DNA of 63,814 nucleotides, filler included, from Sphacelaria rigidula (taxonomy: Eukaryota), in the NCBI GenBank assembly GCA_964200075.2. It is 10 parts of 10 records of this genome, joined end to end, with 100 filler letters (N's around TTAATTAATTAA, not from the genome) between each part and the next. Parts side by side here need not be neighbours in the genome. Positions count along the whole stretch, not along the records: positions 38,351 to 44,641 come from CAXNAA020020973.1; positions 44,742 to 51,032 come from CAXNAA020020974.1; 8 more parts are not named here. The stretch is one strand, 5' to 3'. Below, in pieces: positions 38,370 to 50,450 of the stretch; position 1 is the stretch's first letter, and the number at the start of each line of letters is the position of its first letter. Both the position numbers and the translations under genes were made by a program. The notes below the pieces were generated by a model. It saw nothing but the letters and a program-made list of their open reading frames with translations. It was not told the origin of the DNA and ran no database searches.

Positions 38370-38685
38370 TTCGACATTTTCCGTGACGCTGCTCCACCCC
38401 ACTAATACCCAGTGCGGGGTGATTGCTGACGTGAACCCGCCGTATTAAAAAAAAACGTACTTCGACACGCTATCGCTCAACGATATCAAACCCACCCTGT
38501 ACTCTATGTAGTACAATCAATAACTTCATCGGCAATACGACGCCAATGGAACAGCGACGCAGTTTTTTGTCATCAGGTGTGTCGAGCAGTTCACCGTGAT
38601 AGGCTTACATCGGGTGCATTCGGGAAACTGGGGAAGCTGTGGTGTGAGCAACTTTTAGCAGCTATTATGCTGGCCCAGCTCGTAT
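38370..38685 (+). repeat. Dispersed repeat homologous to about 19600-20000 (empty-site version)
   Basis: Shared ttc.acatttt..gtgacgctgct.cacccc and acatcgggt.cattcgggaaactggg(g)aagctgtggtgtgagcaa.ttttagc...gctggccc. Confidence 0.8.
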
Positions 38686-39688
38686 GTAAAATAGCCCCAG
38701 AGAACGCCTTGGCCAGTGTTCACCCTGCAGTCAATTGCGTGCAGAGTCGGCATGCATGTGTCTTCACTGGATACAACGGCAAGAGACAGAACGAGTGTGC
38801 CATCTCTCTCCACTGAACGCAATTTTCTGCATGCTGTCGATGCTTCCGCCTAGTGCTCAACAACCCTACACAGGGTGAATGAAGCTATGCTGGCATCACA
38901 TGACGGGTCAGGCAGGCGCGTAGACCACGAGCAGAATACAACAAAACAAGTTATTTTGTACCCATGCAATATATAGTTGATTTCCCATGACCAACATGAG
39001 TCGTGGGGATAAACGGCGAATTGGTCCAGTGTAGTCACCCGAATCGGAAGAACGTGTTCATAATGCGACAGTAATTTATCTGAATAGACATCCTGCGCCT
39101 GTCTACACGGCGCAAAATTTCCCGCGGGAAACTTCCAAACACACTTGGTTGGCTTGCTGAGCTTTTCGGCGCCTCTACGGACAGTCATCCCCCCCTCGAA
39201 ACCCACACCCCCTGGCCACTGGAAACCCCCGAATGTTTCTCCTGCCTATCAGCCTGTGAACCTGTTCCGAGGTGACGCTCGCTGTGTAAGGGTTCAACCC
39301 TACAGTCTCAGTCAACATAATAGTCCGATGAACAATTTCGGGATACATGCCATAACTCGCAAGGTGTAACCGGAGAAATGCTCCGATGGATGATCGCCAT
39401 TCTCCTTCTTGCAAATGTTCGTCCAACAAAACGTATCAGTGAGTTCAGTAGTCGTATAGCTAATAACTCATTGATCCTTTGACCGTTAGGGTAGATTTGT
39501 TGAATCGACAGCATTTGCACTCGACATTCAGATATCCTACAAAAAGTCCCGACTCAAATTACATGGTAAACACTCACTCAATCTGGCAGAAAAGTAGTTC
39601 TGGGCGGTCGAACGGCGGGATTGGGTGCACTAAACCAATATTTTCTTCGATATTTTCTTTTGGATCGTGATGTCGACGTGCCGAACAG

Positions 39689-40795
39689 GTTGACGGCATC
39701 CGCCGCGCAACTCCGCTGCTGCTGGTGCTGGTTTGCATTGAGCTGAGCGATGTGGTGTTTGCCGTGGACTCGATCCCGGCAGTGTTCGCCGTCACGAAGG
39801 TACCCACTTCATGAAATTCATAGACTGGGTGGTTGCTATTTGAGGTGAACACACAGACCTCTCCAGTGTGTATGCAGGAGGCATCCACGCCATGTGCAAA
39901 TACATCCCTGCAGTGAGCACCCACCGTGACACGCGCACGTCATGGGCCCGCGCATACTGACAAACCTCCGTTTCCGCCTCGCATGCACGAAAACACTGAT
40001 TTTGTTTGTGCCGTTTATTGTTATGCCGTGAGCAATACGCGGACCAAATGGGAATATGTCTGATGGTCCAGTTTCAGTCGGCCCTTCGCCATATCGGGGG
40101 CAAGCTTAGCTTGTGTAAACCGGATCCCCAATCATCCTCCTACTTTTCGACAAATCGGGACAGTACGCGGACTGTCTGCTTCTTTGCACGGTCGCACGTA
40201 CACTCCTCCTCTCAGGGGACGATGCATTGTCAGTGTGGTTCGAGATGACCTCTTCGCCTGTTTCGTGCCCGTCACAAACGTCGACGGGTACCAGTTGCAA
40301 TACAGCATACAATTTCGACTTTCGTTTCCGTGAGGAAAACTCGTTCCCAGTTTTCAGCATCCTGTGTTGCTAGATAGTCACACTAGCGCACGCCTCCTGC
40401 TAATTGTAATATCTCCTCCGGTGATGGACAGGTCAGAACACTTGGGGCTAGTGCATGAAAGTATATTTCAGTCGGCGTATCAACTTTCTTCGCTCAAGTG
40501 TTACATGCCGCACTTTCCCCTCAATTTTTTTGTCTCGCAGGACCCGTTCATCGTGTACACGTCAAATATGTGGGCCATCCTGAACCTGCGGAGCTTGTTC
40601 ACCCTTTTAGCAAACGCGGTCGAAGATTTAGCATATCTGAGGCCAGCAGTGGCCGTCGTGTTGGCATTTGTTGGTGCCAAGCTGGGGGGCGAGTTCTTCA
40701 GCTTCGATATTTCCACTGAGCTGTCATTGGGGATAATAACCGCAATACTAGGGAGTGGAATTGGATTGAGCTTGATGTCGAGCAGAAATAAGTAG
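39689..40795 (+). CDS. terC: TerC-family integral membrane protein (plastid TERC-like), 3' part (exons 39689-39799 and 40541-40795)
   Basis: [57 protein letters not shown]...[16 protein letters not shown]...*. The [16 protein letters not shown] and [15 protein letters not shown] signatures are diagnostic. Confidence 0.93.
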
Positions 40796-40834
40796 TCATC
40801 CTTAAAAAGTTGAACTAAAAAATGTACATTATCA

Positions 40835-41401
40835 TCAGGATATACCGCAACATCCTCCCCCATGACCATCAAATCGCGCCGTGTGGTTGTCGCGATACGT
40901 GAGAAAATCCACAACTTCCTGCTGGAAGTCGTCCACAGAAGTATATGACCAGCCTTGGTACAACGCCTGGTCCTCCTTCGACAATGAAACCTGTGACATA
41001 CAAACAAAGGGAGGAGTGGAACGCGGATGAGTTTAGCAGCACGGAGTGACACCGCAGATAACACCTAACTACCACCAATGTTAGTGGGCGACAAAAAATT
41101 GCTCTTACAAATTGTAGTTGTCGATTGTAATGAACATACTAATAGCATCAATCACGGCATGATGACTGGTGCGTGGATGTGTAGACGTAACTAATTAAAC
41201 TCCTTACCTTCGAGCCAGTGTCTGCAAAACTGCCAATGGCCCTCTGTGGCGCAGCGTTGATGTCCTTATTTGGTATGTACGGACTTTCCACCTGGTCCAT
41301 GGCGATGGCATCCCGATCCAAACTTCCAAACCATGGGTGCGCGAGAATGTCATCAGCACCACCATAGCCCAAGCGCTTTGCAGGATCCTTCACCATCAAC
41401 T
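40835..41401 (-). CDS. GRK-like AGC Ser/Thr kinase, last two exons (about 41401-41208 and 40990-40835)
   Basis: LMVKDPAKRLGYGGADDILAHPWFGSLDRDAIAMDQVESPYIPNKDINAAPQRAIGSFADTGSK|VSLSKEDQALYQGWSYTSVDDFQQEVVDFLTYRDNHTARFDGHGGGCCGIS*. This is kinase subdomain XI plus an AGC C-tail with GRK-type INA...IGSF and DQxLY...QQEV segments. Confidence 0.85.
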
Positions 41402-43339
41402 CTGCGTGCACGGAAACAAACGACGTAATGTTTTCGTCACGCATTATCGCCCTTCACTTATGCTGAGTTGGTTTTCATCGTTCGTTTCACTGCAATCCGC
41501 GACGCGTGTGCGCGAGCGACGCAACTACAGTACGAGCTGGGCCGGTCGTGGAACCTACAAACCGTGGGCCTACCGTAGCTCCATCAGTTTCCCAAATCAG
41601 CCCGATTTGAGAATATTGTGGGGAGCTGCAGACGTACCCAGTACCATACAGCTCCGCCGCTGCTCGATTGGTGGAGTTTTCGCGATGACTTTTCATACTG
41701 CACTGACTTTCGATAATGTCCACATCGTGGCGATATAGCGTGCGTAGAATTTTTTTTTACAAGAAGCGGCGGGATCACAACAGACATTTTCGCGACTCGG
41801 GCACGTGACAACTCAATATGCAGCCAAAAGCGCAAAGGTAATGCTGCGAAATGGAATCAAGTTCGTCGGCAGCTTCGTCATGGGAGAGGACCTCCGAACC
41901 GACTGTCATACATCAAGAGCACGGTCACATACAACTTGAAATTGCGGTATTCCCGCCCCCAAGCCAAGACCGTCATCATACTATCGACACCTCTTTCATC
42001 TCGAGCCCTGGAGATCGGCCTTCGATAGAAAGCAACGCCGCCCTGATGCGACAAGGAACACTACCGAACATATTAAGGGTAGAAGCTCGCGCGAAACTGC
42101 AGCGATCACCTTTTTCAACCGAAAGTTTTATTCCACATAAAAATAACTATGTGATAGTGACCACGCGATACGCCGGGGGGGGGAGGGGGGGGGGGATTGT
42201 GCCGGGTTGTGCACAAGAAAACACTGCCAGCTCATGTGAAGAACAAAATGTGCCGGGATTCAAACTCATCCCATCAAATGGACCACCGGGGTGCAGCGGC
42301 GTCAAGAGAATTCCACGCGCACCCCAATTTTACGAGTGTTCCCACGATAGTTTACCAGCTCATTCTGTGCGCAAGTTCATCCTTTCAGCATGAAAAATGG
42401 TTTTGTCTTGGGCCTCTTCCCATGTAACATTGATTTCTTGTGACAGAAATCCGTGATGAAAAACTTTGTTTTTTCTTGGGACTTTGGCAGTACAACGCAG
42501 TACAGTATCATAGCAACAGTGGTGGGCGATTCAACTATTAAGGGATGTTTTGGGGTTTTCCTCGCGTAGTACTCTTCGATAGAACTCGAAATTGCTAGCG
42601 TCAAAAGATTTTGGTACAACGAAACGGATAATCTTCGAAACATAGTGCCCAAATTGGTTTTATTTGGTGTTACCGGGCGAAACGAGTGAGTATCCCGTTC
42701 ATCAGGAGGGTGTTATTGACAATGAAACACACCTTTTCGGCCCTAGTACACTGAGTAGGCAGAATTAAAAAAAGTGAAACTGTACATTTTTTTAGAAATA
42801 TGATCGGGACGGGCTCGATCAACCGAAAATACCGAACAGTCAGAATCTGGGCCGAAACGTGGCAGGACCCCCGATGACCGGCCAGCCCGTGAGTCACTCA
42901 ATAATGAGTACAGATGATTTTTTCATCTTGGAATGTGGAACTGATACAAATATCTTGAGATCCCCGATGTGACAGGGGGGGGGGGTGGCAAGCGAAAGGA
43001 GCCCAAGAAAATCGTCAATACGAAAAAATCACAAAATGCCACAAAATGAATAGTCAGACCGCCCACTACTGTAGTACAGAGTTCAACACTAAACACATTA
43101 CAGAAGTCCAACAGTGTTATTAGAAGTTTTTAGAATCGACGATAGACTACAAGAATAGAAGTGTATTGCGTACATAATACAGAAGTCCAACAGTACTTTT
43201 GGAACTTTTCAGAACTGGAGAGTTGGAGGCCATAGAGATGAAAATAAACAGGTTACAACGCGTACGCTGTTGGGCTCTTCAAGGGACCGACGGTTCGCTT
43301 CCCGTCACTAGCAGTAGCCACGCTGGCTTCAATCCCATC

Positions 43340-44200
43340 ACCATCATTAGCCACGCGTGGGAGACACACTCCACGTGCACAGCTCTCACACAGAGATGCG
43401 ACACCTATATCTCCCAGAACTTCGCCGAGTGAGCAAGCATGGACCGATCGGCGGGTAGTACGTACCAGCGCTGTCCAGCACGGTGGCGATCACTCGCAAG
43501 GTGCGTGGGTGTCGTCGCACGGTCGAAACACGGACCGTCTACGATCAAGAGCAGCAGCAGGAGCAGCATCGGCACCGGCTGCTTCAGGGTTAGGGTGAAA
43601 GATGATGCTGCTGCTGCTGCTTCATCTCGTGCGGGAGGCGGTCCGCGTTTCGACGTGCGACAATACCCATGCACCTGTCGCGCTATTGCCTCCTCCTATT
43701 TGAAATCGACTGTGGTCTGTTCCCGTGTTGTATCCCCATGGCATTTTCAGTACGAGTACATATAACTTGTTTTCCCCTGTATTGGACGCTGGCTTTATTC
43801 ACATCATCATCAGTAGCCACGCACGCGTGCGAGACACACCCGACGTGCACAGCTCGCACAGAGCGATGTGCGCAGCGAAATCTCCCAGCACTTGGCCTAG
43901 CGAGAAAGTGTAGACCGATCGAAACGCGGACCGTCTCTCCCGTGAGGAAGAACGACAGCAGCAACAGCAGCAGCAGTATCGGCACCGGCTGATTTAGACC
44001 CACCCCCAGCCGCGTACATCTACTGGTAGTAAAGATGTTGTTGATACTGCTGCTGCTCCTTCCTCTCCTTCTCTTGGGGAAGGCGGTCCGCGTTTCGACC
44101 TGCGACAATACTCATACCACCTTGAGCGTGATTGCCGCCCTTCTCGAAGTCGCTGGTCTGTTCGCGTGCTGTTTTACCGTCTCGGTATCACTTGTTCCCC
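43340..44200. repeat. Two tandem about 460-bp units, each with a long fold-back (43485-43690 and 43919-44098)
   Basis: Shared gagacacac.c.acgtgcacagctc.cacagag and inverted TCGAAACRCGGACCG...CGGTCCGCGTTTCGA arms around (CAG)n/(CTG)n. Confidence 0.75.
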
Positions 44201-44427
44201 ACCCTAGCATGCTCGATTAGAACGGCGCGTGATTTCTCGTGATAATGAAGTTATGAACCGTCTTGTCAATATCACCACCACGAAATGATCACCACTTCCC
44301 TTGTTTCGTTAAAACACCGCTCAAGACCCATTTTTATGGCAACGAATCTCGATTTGTACAAATATGAGGATTTCAGCCCGTTTACAGGCGATTTTCACCC
44401 GTGGATTGATTTTTCGGACCCCAGTCC

Positions 44428-44641
44428 GTTGGGCAATGTTTTTCGGCTAGCTGTAAGCAAACCAGATCATTTCTCCGATTCTATCGACGTTGACTTTCGA
44501 TATATCACCGTTCTGCTGAAATCGGGACACTCCCCCATCTCCCCCGATTTGGGCAGAAATGTGGTGAACCAAAGGTCAACGTCCATAAAATCGGAGAATT
44601 GATCTGGTTTGCTCACAGCTAGCCGAAAAACATTGCCCAAC
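44428..44641. mobile_element. Fold-back/MITE with about 70-bp arms, running to the contig end
   Basis: gttgggcaatgtttttcggctagctgtaagcaaaccagatca... pairs with ...tgatctggtttgctcacagctagccgaaaaacattgcccaac. Confidence 0.8.
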
Positions 44642-44741
44642 NNNNNNNNNNNNNNNNNNNNNNNNNNNNNNNNNNNNNNNNNNNNTTAATTAATTAANNN
44701 NNNNNNNNNNNNNNNNNNNNNNNNNNNNNNNNNNNNNNNNN

Positions 44742-45657
44742 ACCGGTTCTCTATAAGCCTCCCGTACCGTACCCGACAAGTTCTGTAAAGTCTGGAAGAC
44801 TTTCATACCGGTACCCGACAGTTCTGTAAACTCTGTGAGGCTTCCAAACCGGTACCCGACAGTTCTGTAAGCTCTGTAAGCTTACTGTACCCTTACCCGG
44901 GGTTAGAGTATACCCTTGAAGATGTACCCCGTTGCAGGTACGAGCACAGGTATATACCCTCTAGAAGTATGGATACAGATTCAATGAAAACATAACCTAA
45001 TGGCCCGAACATGTACTTCCCAGCTCCTACCACCACACCCTGCCCTCTCATTCATTTCAGCACCCCGGCAAAAAAATTCAAGATTGTGTTCTGTAAGGTA
45101 CGGTTTTCTGTATACCGGGGGTATTTTTCCGGGCATGTACCGTACCCGACAGTTCTGGGACTTCTGGAAGACTTTCATACCGGTACCCGACAGTTCTGTA
45201 ATCTCTGTAAGACTTTCATACCCTTACCCGATAGTTCTGTAAGTTCTATACAATACATTTACCCGAACCCGAAGGGCGGCTATACCTGAAAAGAGTTACC
45301 CGATTGCCGGTCCCGATTCTTTGTGAGCCTCCCATACCGTACCCGACAAGTTCTGTAAAGTCTGTAAGACTCTCATACCGGTACCCGACAGTTCTGTAAG
45401 TTCTGTACAGAACATTTACCCGAACCCGAGGGACGGGTATACCCGAAAAGAGTTACCCGACTGCCGGAAACGGTTCTCTACAAGCCTCCCGTACCGTACC
45501 CGACAAGTTCTGTAAAGTCTGGAAGACTTTCATACCGGTACCCGACAGTTCTGTAAACTCTGTGAGGCTTCCAAACCGGTACCCGACAGTTCTGTGAACT
45601 CTGTACGGACTCTCATACCCTACAGAACGTACCCGTACCTTACAGAACACAACCTTG
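44742..45657. mobile_element. Non-autonomous TIR element(s) built of ACCGGTACCCGACAGTTCTGTAA subrepeats
   Basis: Inverted termini caagattgtgttctgtaaggtacgg (45079) and ccgtaccttacagaacacaaccttg (ending 45657). A partial further copy lies at 44742-44900. Confidence 0.75.
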
Positions 45658-45659
45658 CT

Positions 45660-47500
45660 TTTTTCCCACGACTAGCAATAACTCGAGTGCTCGCCTCATT
45701 AATTTTTGTCCACAACGAGCAATAACTCGAGTGCTCGCCTCATCAATTTTTTTCCACGACGAGCAATGACTCGAGTGTTAGCCTAATAATTTTTTCCACA
45801 ACGAGCAATGACTCGCGTGCTCGCTCCATTAACCCTTTTGGGATCGACCCCCCACTAACACGGGGTTGGCCATGTGTTGGTGGGACAATAAAAAAAGTCA
45901 GGGAGCGACCTGCCTAATCACGGCGAGACCAAATCCTGTTGAAAGCTCTCGACGGCGACACATACCGCTTGCTACATCAGATGTACATTACCTAATGCGC
46001 ACCCTGCACCTGAAAATAGATTGAATGAAATTTTCGGTCTTTCTCATAACCCTACGGTTACATCCGCGGATTTTCAGCAAGATGCCACTGCTTTGTGCAG
46101 ACGCTAGACACGTCATTCCTAAGGACCGTTATTATCGACAAATAAAATAAATAGAAGTTCTTCAATTTCGGCATTCGCCTGAGGCTCATTATTACGTAAA
46201 TCTTCTGTTGCTGTTAGATATCTCATTACAGATGGTGCTGATCTCGTCGTTTGCTTGGATTCGCCGGGAAAATAACGGACAGGGTTATGCTACCGGCACG
46301 TTTATGGCGTTCATAACTGTGGTGAACATATTTCTCACAACCTCTCTGTGACATGGGGGGGGCAGTCGGACAGGTAAGGGCGTGATCGACCGACTCTCTC
46401 GGGATGCTGCAGCAGCACACATGAGTAAAAATACCAACTGTAGAAGCCCCGTGCATAGATTGCAGCAGGCTTGTTTTCTGTGAGTTGTATGCGCAGATAC
46501 ATGCAATGAAACTACCGGCTATGCACTTTTCAGACAGTGCGGTAGCGTACACTCGTACCAGCACTGCAGGCAAGTGAGTAGCTACTGGATTGTTTCTGCT
46601 CTTCACTTCGAAAGTGCGTACGTGTGCAAACGACGACCACCGTGCTTGACCCCAACAGCTCCAACACCGCTGCCGGGGCACACACCGTCTAAGGAGATAG
46701 ATACCGCCAGCCCGCGGTACTTTTTACTTTACGACATAGCCCAGGGTGTCTCGAACAAAGTTTCTGATTATTCTCGCATGCTTGCGAGCGCCACGGCGTG
46801 TGCCAAGGGCAGCTCTGCGAAGAGTTGCGCTACGGTCCGAAATATTCGGCGTTCGCCAAACGTGAAGGCTTGGCGAAAAATCTAAGGGGTCCATTTTCGG
46901 AGAGCGCCAAGCTCCAGGTGCGAAAACGCCCAAAATCTTGGTGATCTCCGAAAAATTGGGTCGATAATAAAGGCCCTAACCAGCCTCATTGGTCGTTCTG
47001 GAGGCCCGGTCCCACAGGGGTTAATTTTTTTCCACAACAAGCAATGACTCGAGTGCCCGCCCTATTAATTCTTTCCACAGGAAGCAATGACTCGAGTGCT
47101 TGCTCTATTATCATGGTTTGTTTCCACAACGAGCAATGACTCGAGTGCTCGCCATATTATTTTTCCACGACAAGCAATGACTCGAGTGCTTGCTCTATTA
47201 TCATAGTTTATTTCCACAACGAGCAATGACTCGAGTGCTCGCTATATATATTTTTTTTCCACAACGAGTCATGACTCGAGTGCTCGCCCTATTAATGTTT
47301 TCCACAACGAGCCATGACTCGATTGCTCGCCATATTATTTTTTTTCCACAACGAGCCATGACTCGAGTGCTCACCCTATTGATTTTTTCCACAACGAGCA
47401 ATGACTCGAGTGCACACCCTACTGATCTTTTGCACAACGAACAACGACTCGAGTGCTCGCTCTATTAATTTACGGCCAACGAGCAGCCCAACGAGTGCGA
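45660..47500 (+). repeat. About 42-bp minisatellite (TTCCACAACGAGCAATGACTCGAGTGCTCGC plus AT-rich linker), interrupted by an insertion
   Basis: Four units at 45660-45830 and about ten at 47025-47470. Confidence 0.9.
45833..47020. mobile_element. About 1.19-kb non-autonomous piggyBac-like element with TTAA target-site duplication
   Basis: TTAA|CCCTTTTGGGATCG...CGGTCCCACAGGGG|TTAA, inserted at the TTAA of a minisatellite unit. Confidence 0.8.
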
Positions 47501-48181
47501 GTGCCACGAGTCACACTCGCGCTCGTCCGACGTCTGCAAGAATTATTGACGGGTACACAACAGGCACCACAGCCACACCAACCGTGTCATCTGTTGCCGT
47601 TTTTTGTTGCCACATGGCGCCTTGTTCTTCGTGCGGTCCTCTGTTTTTTTGTTGCCGTGGGAATCATGCAGGTATACGGCAGCATGGTTCTGTACAGTCA
47701 CTCAAACGGGGAGTAGAGGGATGGGAGGCAAGGTCGCCCCGAAGAGTCGTTGAAGCAATTGCAGCAATCATTCACCGGCGATAGGCACAGCCAATACACA
47801 GAGGGCATTAGCATCTGATGGTGCTACCTGGGAAAGTGCGCACCCGAGCCGGGACGCTGAGAAGCATACCTCGTGTTCATTGGGCGTACTACATCCTCGG
47901 TGGTGCATTGATCAGAGACGAACCCAGCCCGTTTGACATGATGGCGTTCGTGAGGCGGCCATACGGGAGCGCGGGTACGACAAGTACAGCAGCACCAGTA
48001 GAGGAGGGAAGTGATTGACAGCAGCCGGACAAGTGTACACCAAACTGATGGAGCCCTCCGCCTCCCGTCCCGTCCGTCACCATGAGTGTACTGTACCTTA
48101 CACAGTACAGTAAAGACTCTTCACCTGATGCCCGCCTTCAGCTCAATCTCCAAATCAGAGCACTGAACCGTCGCCCGAGCC

Positions 48182-50450
48182 TCATCCACGCTCTCCGTAG
48201 CCCATCCTACCAGCCTCGGCCAGAAGCGAGGCCATGGCGACGAGGTCGGCACTGATGGTGACCTTCTTGAGTCCGGCCAAGCACTCGTCTGCACCCTGCC
48301 ACAAAATCACGAAAAGGCACCGGCCAGACCCCCACCCACAATGGAGAAATAAAAACAACGAAATCAGACACACACGCACACAAACGACGACGAAAATGCT
48401 GTACCTTCACTTGAAACGGAAGCGAAGCACGTGCGTACCGTGCAAAACAGCAGAACACACATGCAATACCCTTCCTTTCTTCCGACGTACCCTGACCGTA
48501 CTGCGCTGTGCTCTACTACGTATCTTCGTATATTGAGCGGATATGATGTGATGGTGGAGGGAAGTGTCTAGCTCACAGAAACCAAGGCCGTCGTTATTTG
48601 GCGGTTGAAGTGGGGGGCACGCAAAATAACCGCAGGTATGGTGAATACTGTCTTGGTGTCGCGGGTTGTCGTCGTGTATAGCATGGAGGCTTGATCGAGT
48701 TGACTGAGCCTGCTGCGGGAGGCGTACAGTAGGGTCCGAAGTAGGACATTTTGGGGTGTTGGTTCCCCTAGGTACGCGAGAATATTGGGTGTCTTCGGCA
48801 ATCGATACCCTGGGTACCCTACACATGCTGAATGTGTATGTGTGTGTGTGAAAGAGGGCGTCTGTGTGTTTTGTCCCATTTATTCTGGATGCCTACAGCT
48901 TCCGATGTATGTGAGCGCACGACACACAACAGTACTCTTCCCTCCACGTTCCCTTTGCGGTGCTTGCCTTAATTCTTACTGCGCGTGATTTGAAAATTCA
49001 AGATGCCGCAGACGGTTCATTTCCAGGACGGTCATGTCGGACAATTCTGCAATCTGCCCCAATTTGTCCAAAGTTGCCATGAGATGTTTTCTCTTGCGAT
49101 TTTGTATCTTGCAACATGTTGTGAACAAACCATACCCTGTACGATAAACAACGACTGATTGACTAAATAAAGACTGATTCACAGTTGCCATCGAATAGCT
49201 CTAGGATAAAATTAATGCCGTGCAATTATATTAGTCGTAGACAACTACTGGATATAAATGTTACGTAACTAGTCGCTCGTAGACAACCCCTAAACGATAA
49301 ACCTGTTCAGTTAGTTGCCTATTATGGGTGATTATCGGATGAAATGCCTGTGTTTCGCGCCACTGTTTGCTTGTAAGCAACTCTTGGTCGGAAGATCCCG
49401 CAAGTGTTAGCCTGTCAACAATTCTCGGTTGGTGGGAAGTCTAGCTGTGTAGAGGCAACTACAGCAGAAAGCGACATGTCCATAGGGTAACTGCCAACAA
49501 AAATATATATAGTACCGGTTGTACAGCATGTACACAGAGCCTCCCCAAACGAAGCGCACTGAACTCAACTAATTTCAAGCTACAGGTCGAGCGATACCTT
49601 TCTTTTGCCGTATGCGGTGGGCTCCAGAACTGCATGCATATTTGCTTCGTCTAAGTGTCTGTCTCAGATTGTGACATGCGCTGCCTCGCGATCGCCAAGC
49701 TATGCAGCAAACTTCATACTCGAAAGATCTACAAAGACTTGAACACACTCACACTTTCAGGCGGGAATCGACATTCGAATTGAATCTGATTTTTTCGGAG
49801 AAAGGGTAGCATCACCCCGAGTGAGACAACCAGCCAGATGCTGGTGAGAATGATTACGGCGGTGTAAATCGTCGTGCCGGTCAGCCAACCGATAACAGCA
49901 ACCTCTGGGAGGCCAGTCTCGTGGGCTAGGATCGGCGAAGATGCTGCTCCCCGGGACCCACTTCACCAACCTGCAGCCGGTGGCTGAGGCGATGTGGTCC
50001 ATAGCCGCTGTGAGGTTGCGCGCGTTGGTCGGTCCGACGTCAGCATACAGGTCTACCATCACGACGTCGTCCAGCTCTCGGGAAGTCGTGGCCAGGAGGG
50101 TGGCGTACGACGAAATGAACGCCCGAAACATCGTGCCCTGTACGTGTTTTTTCGGGTGTGTGCCTTCCGCACCGGCAGGCGGTCCTTACCGTCGCCAGGC
50201 GCACAGTCCCGCCAGCCCTCGTACGGGGGGCATCGACAGCCAGGCACGCCGTGGACAACGCATTGCAGCGGCTAGTATACAGCGTCCGCGCAATCGGCGA
50301 CCTATTCCCTCGCGGTCGCCGGAGGATCGAGGCAGCCTGGAACCACCCCGTACAGACAGCAGACGACCTGTTCATGCTCCTGCTGGCGGTGCCAAGGGTG
50401 GATGACCGAGTGCTGTCCGCCATGTTCGGAGTCATGACCGGGATAGTCAT
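48182..50450 (-). CDS. Hypothetical spliced gene, unknown product
   Basis: GC3-rich block at about 50138-49907 (GTMFRAFISSYATLLATTSRELDDVVMVDLYADVGPTNARNLTAAMDHIASATGCRLVKWVPG), an exon at about 48713-48577 ending tct|gtgagc, and a terminal exon at about 48296-48182 (GADECLAGLKKVTISADLVAMASLLAEAGRMGYGERG*). Phases between the middle exons are unresolved. Confidence 0.4.

Noticed and set aside
45660..47500. CRISPR array
   Set aside because: The linkers are only about 10-20 nt and similar to each other, there are no cas genes, and the context is eukaryotic. Kept as a minisatellite.
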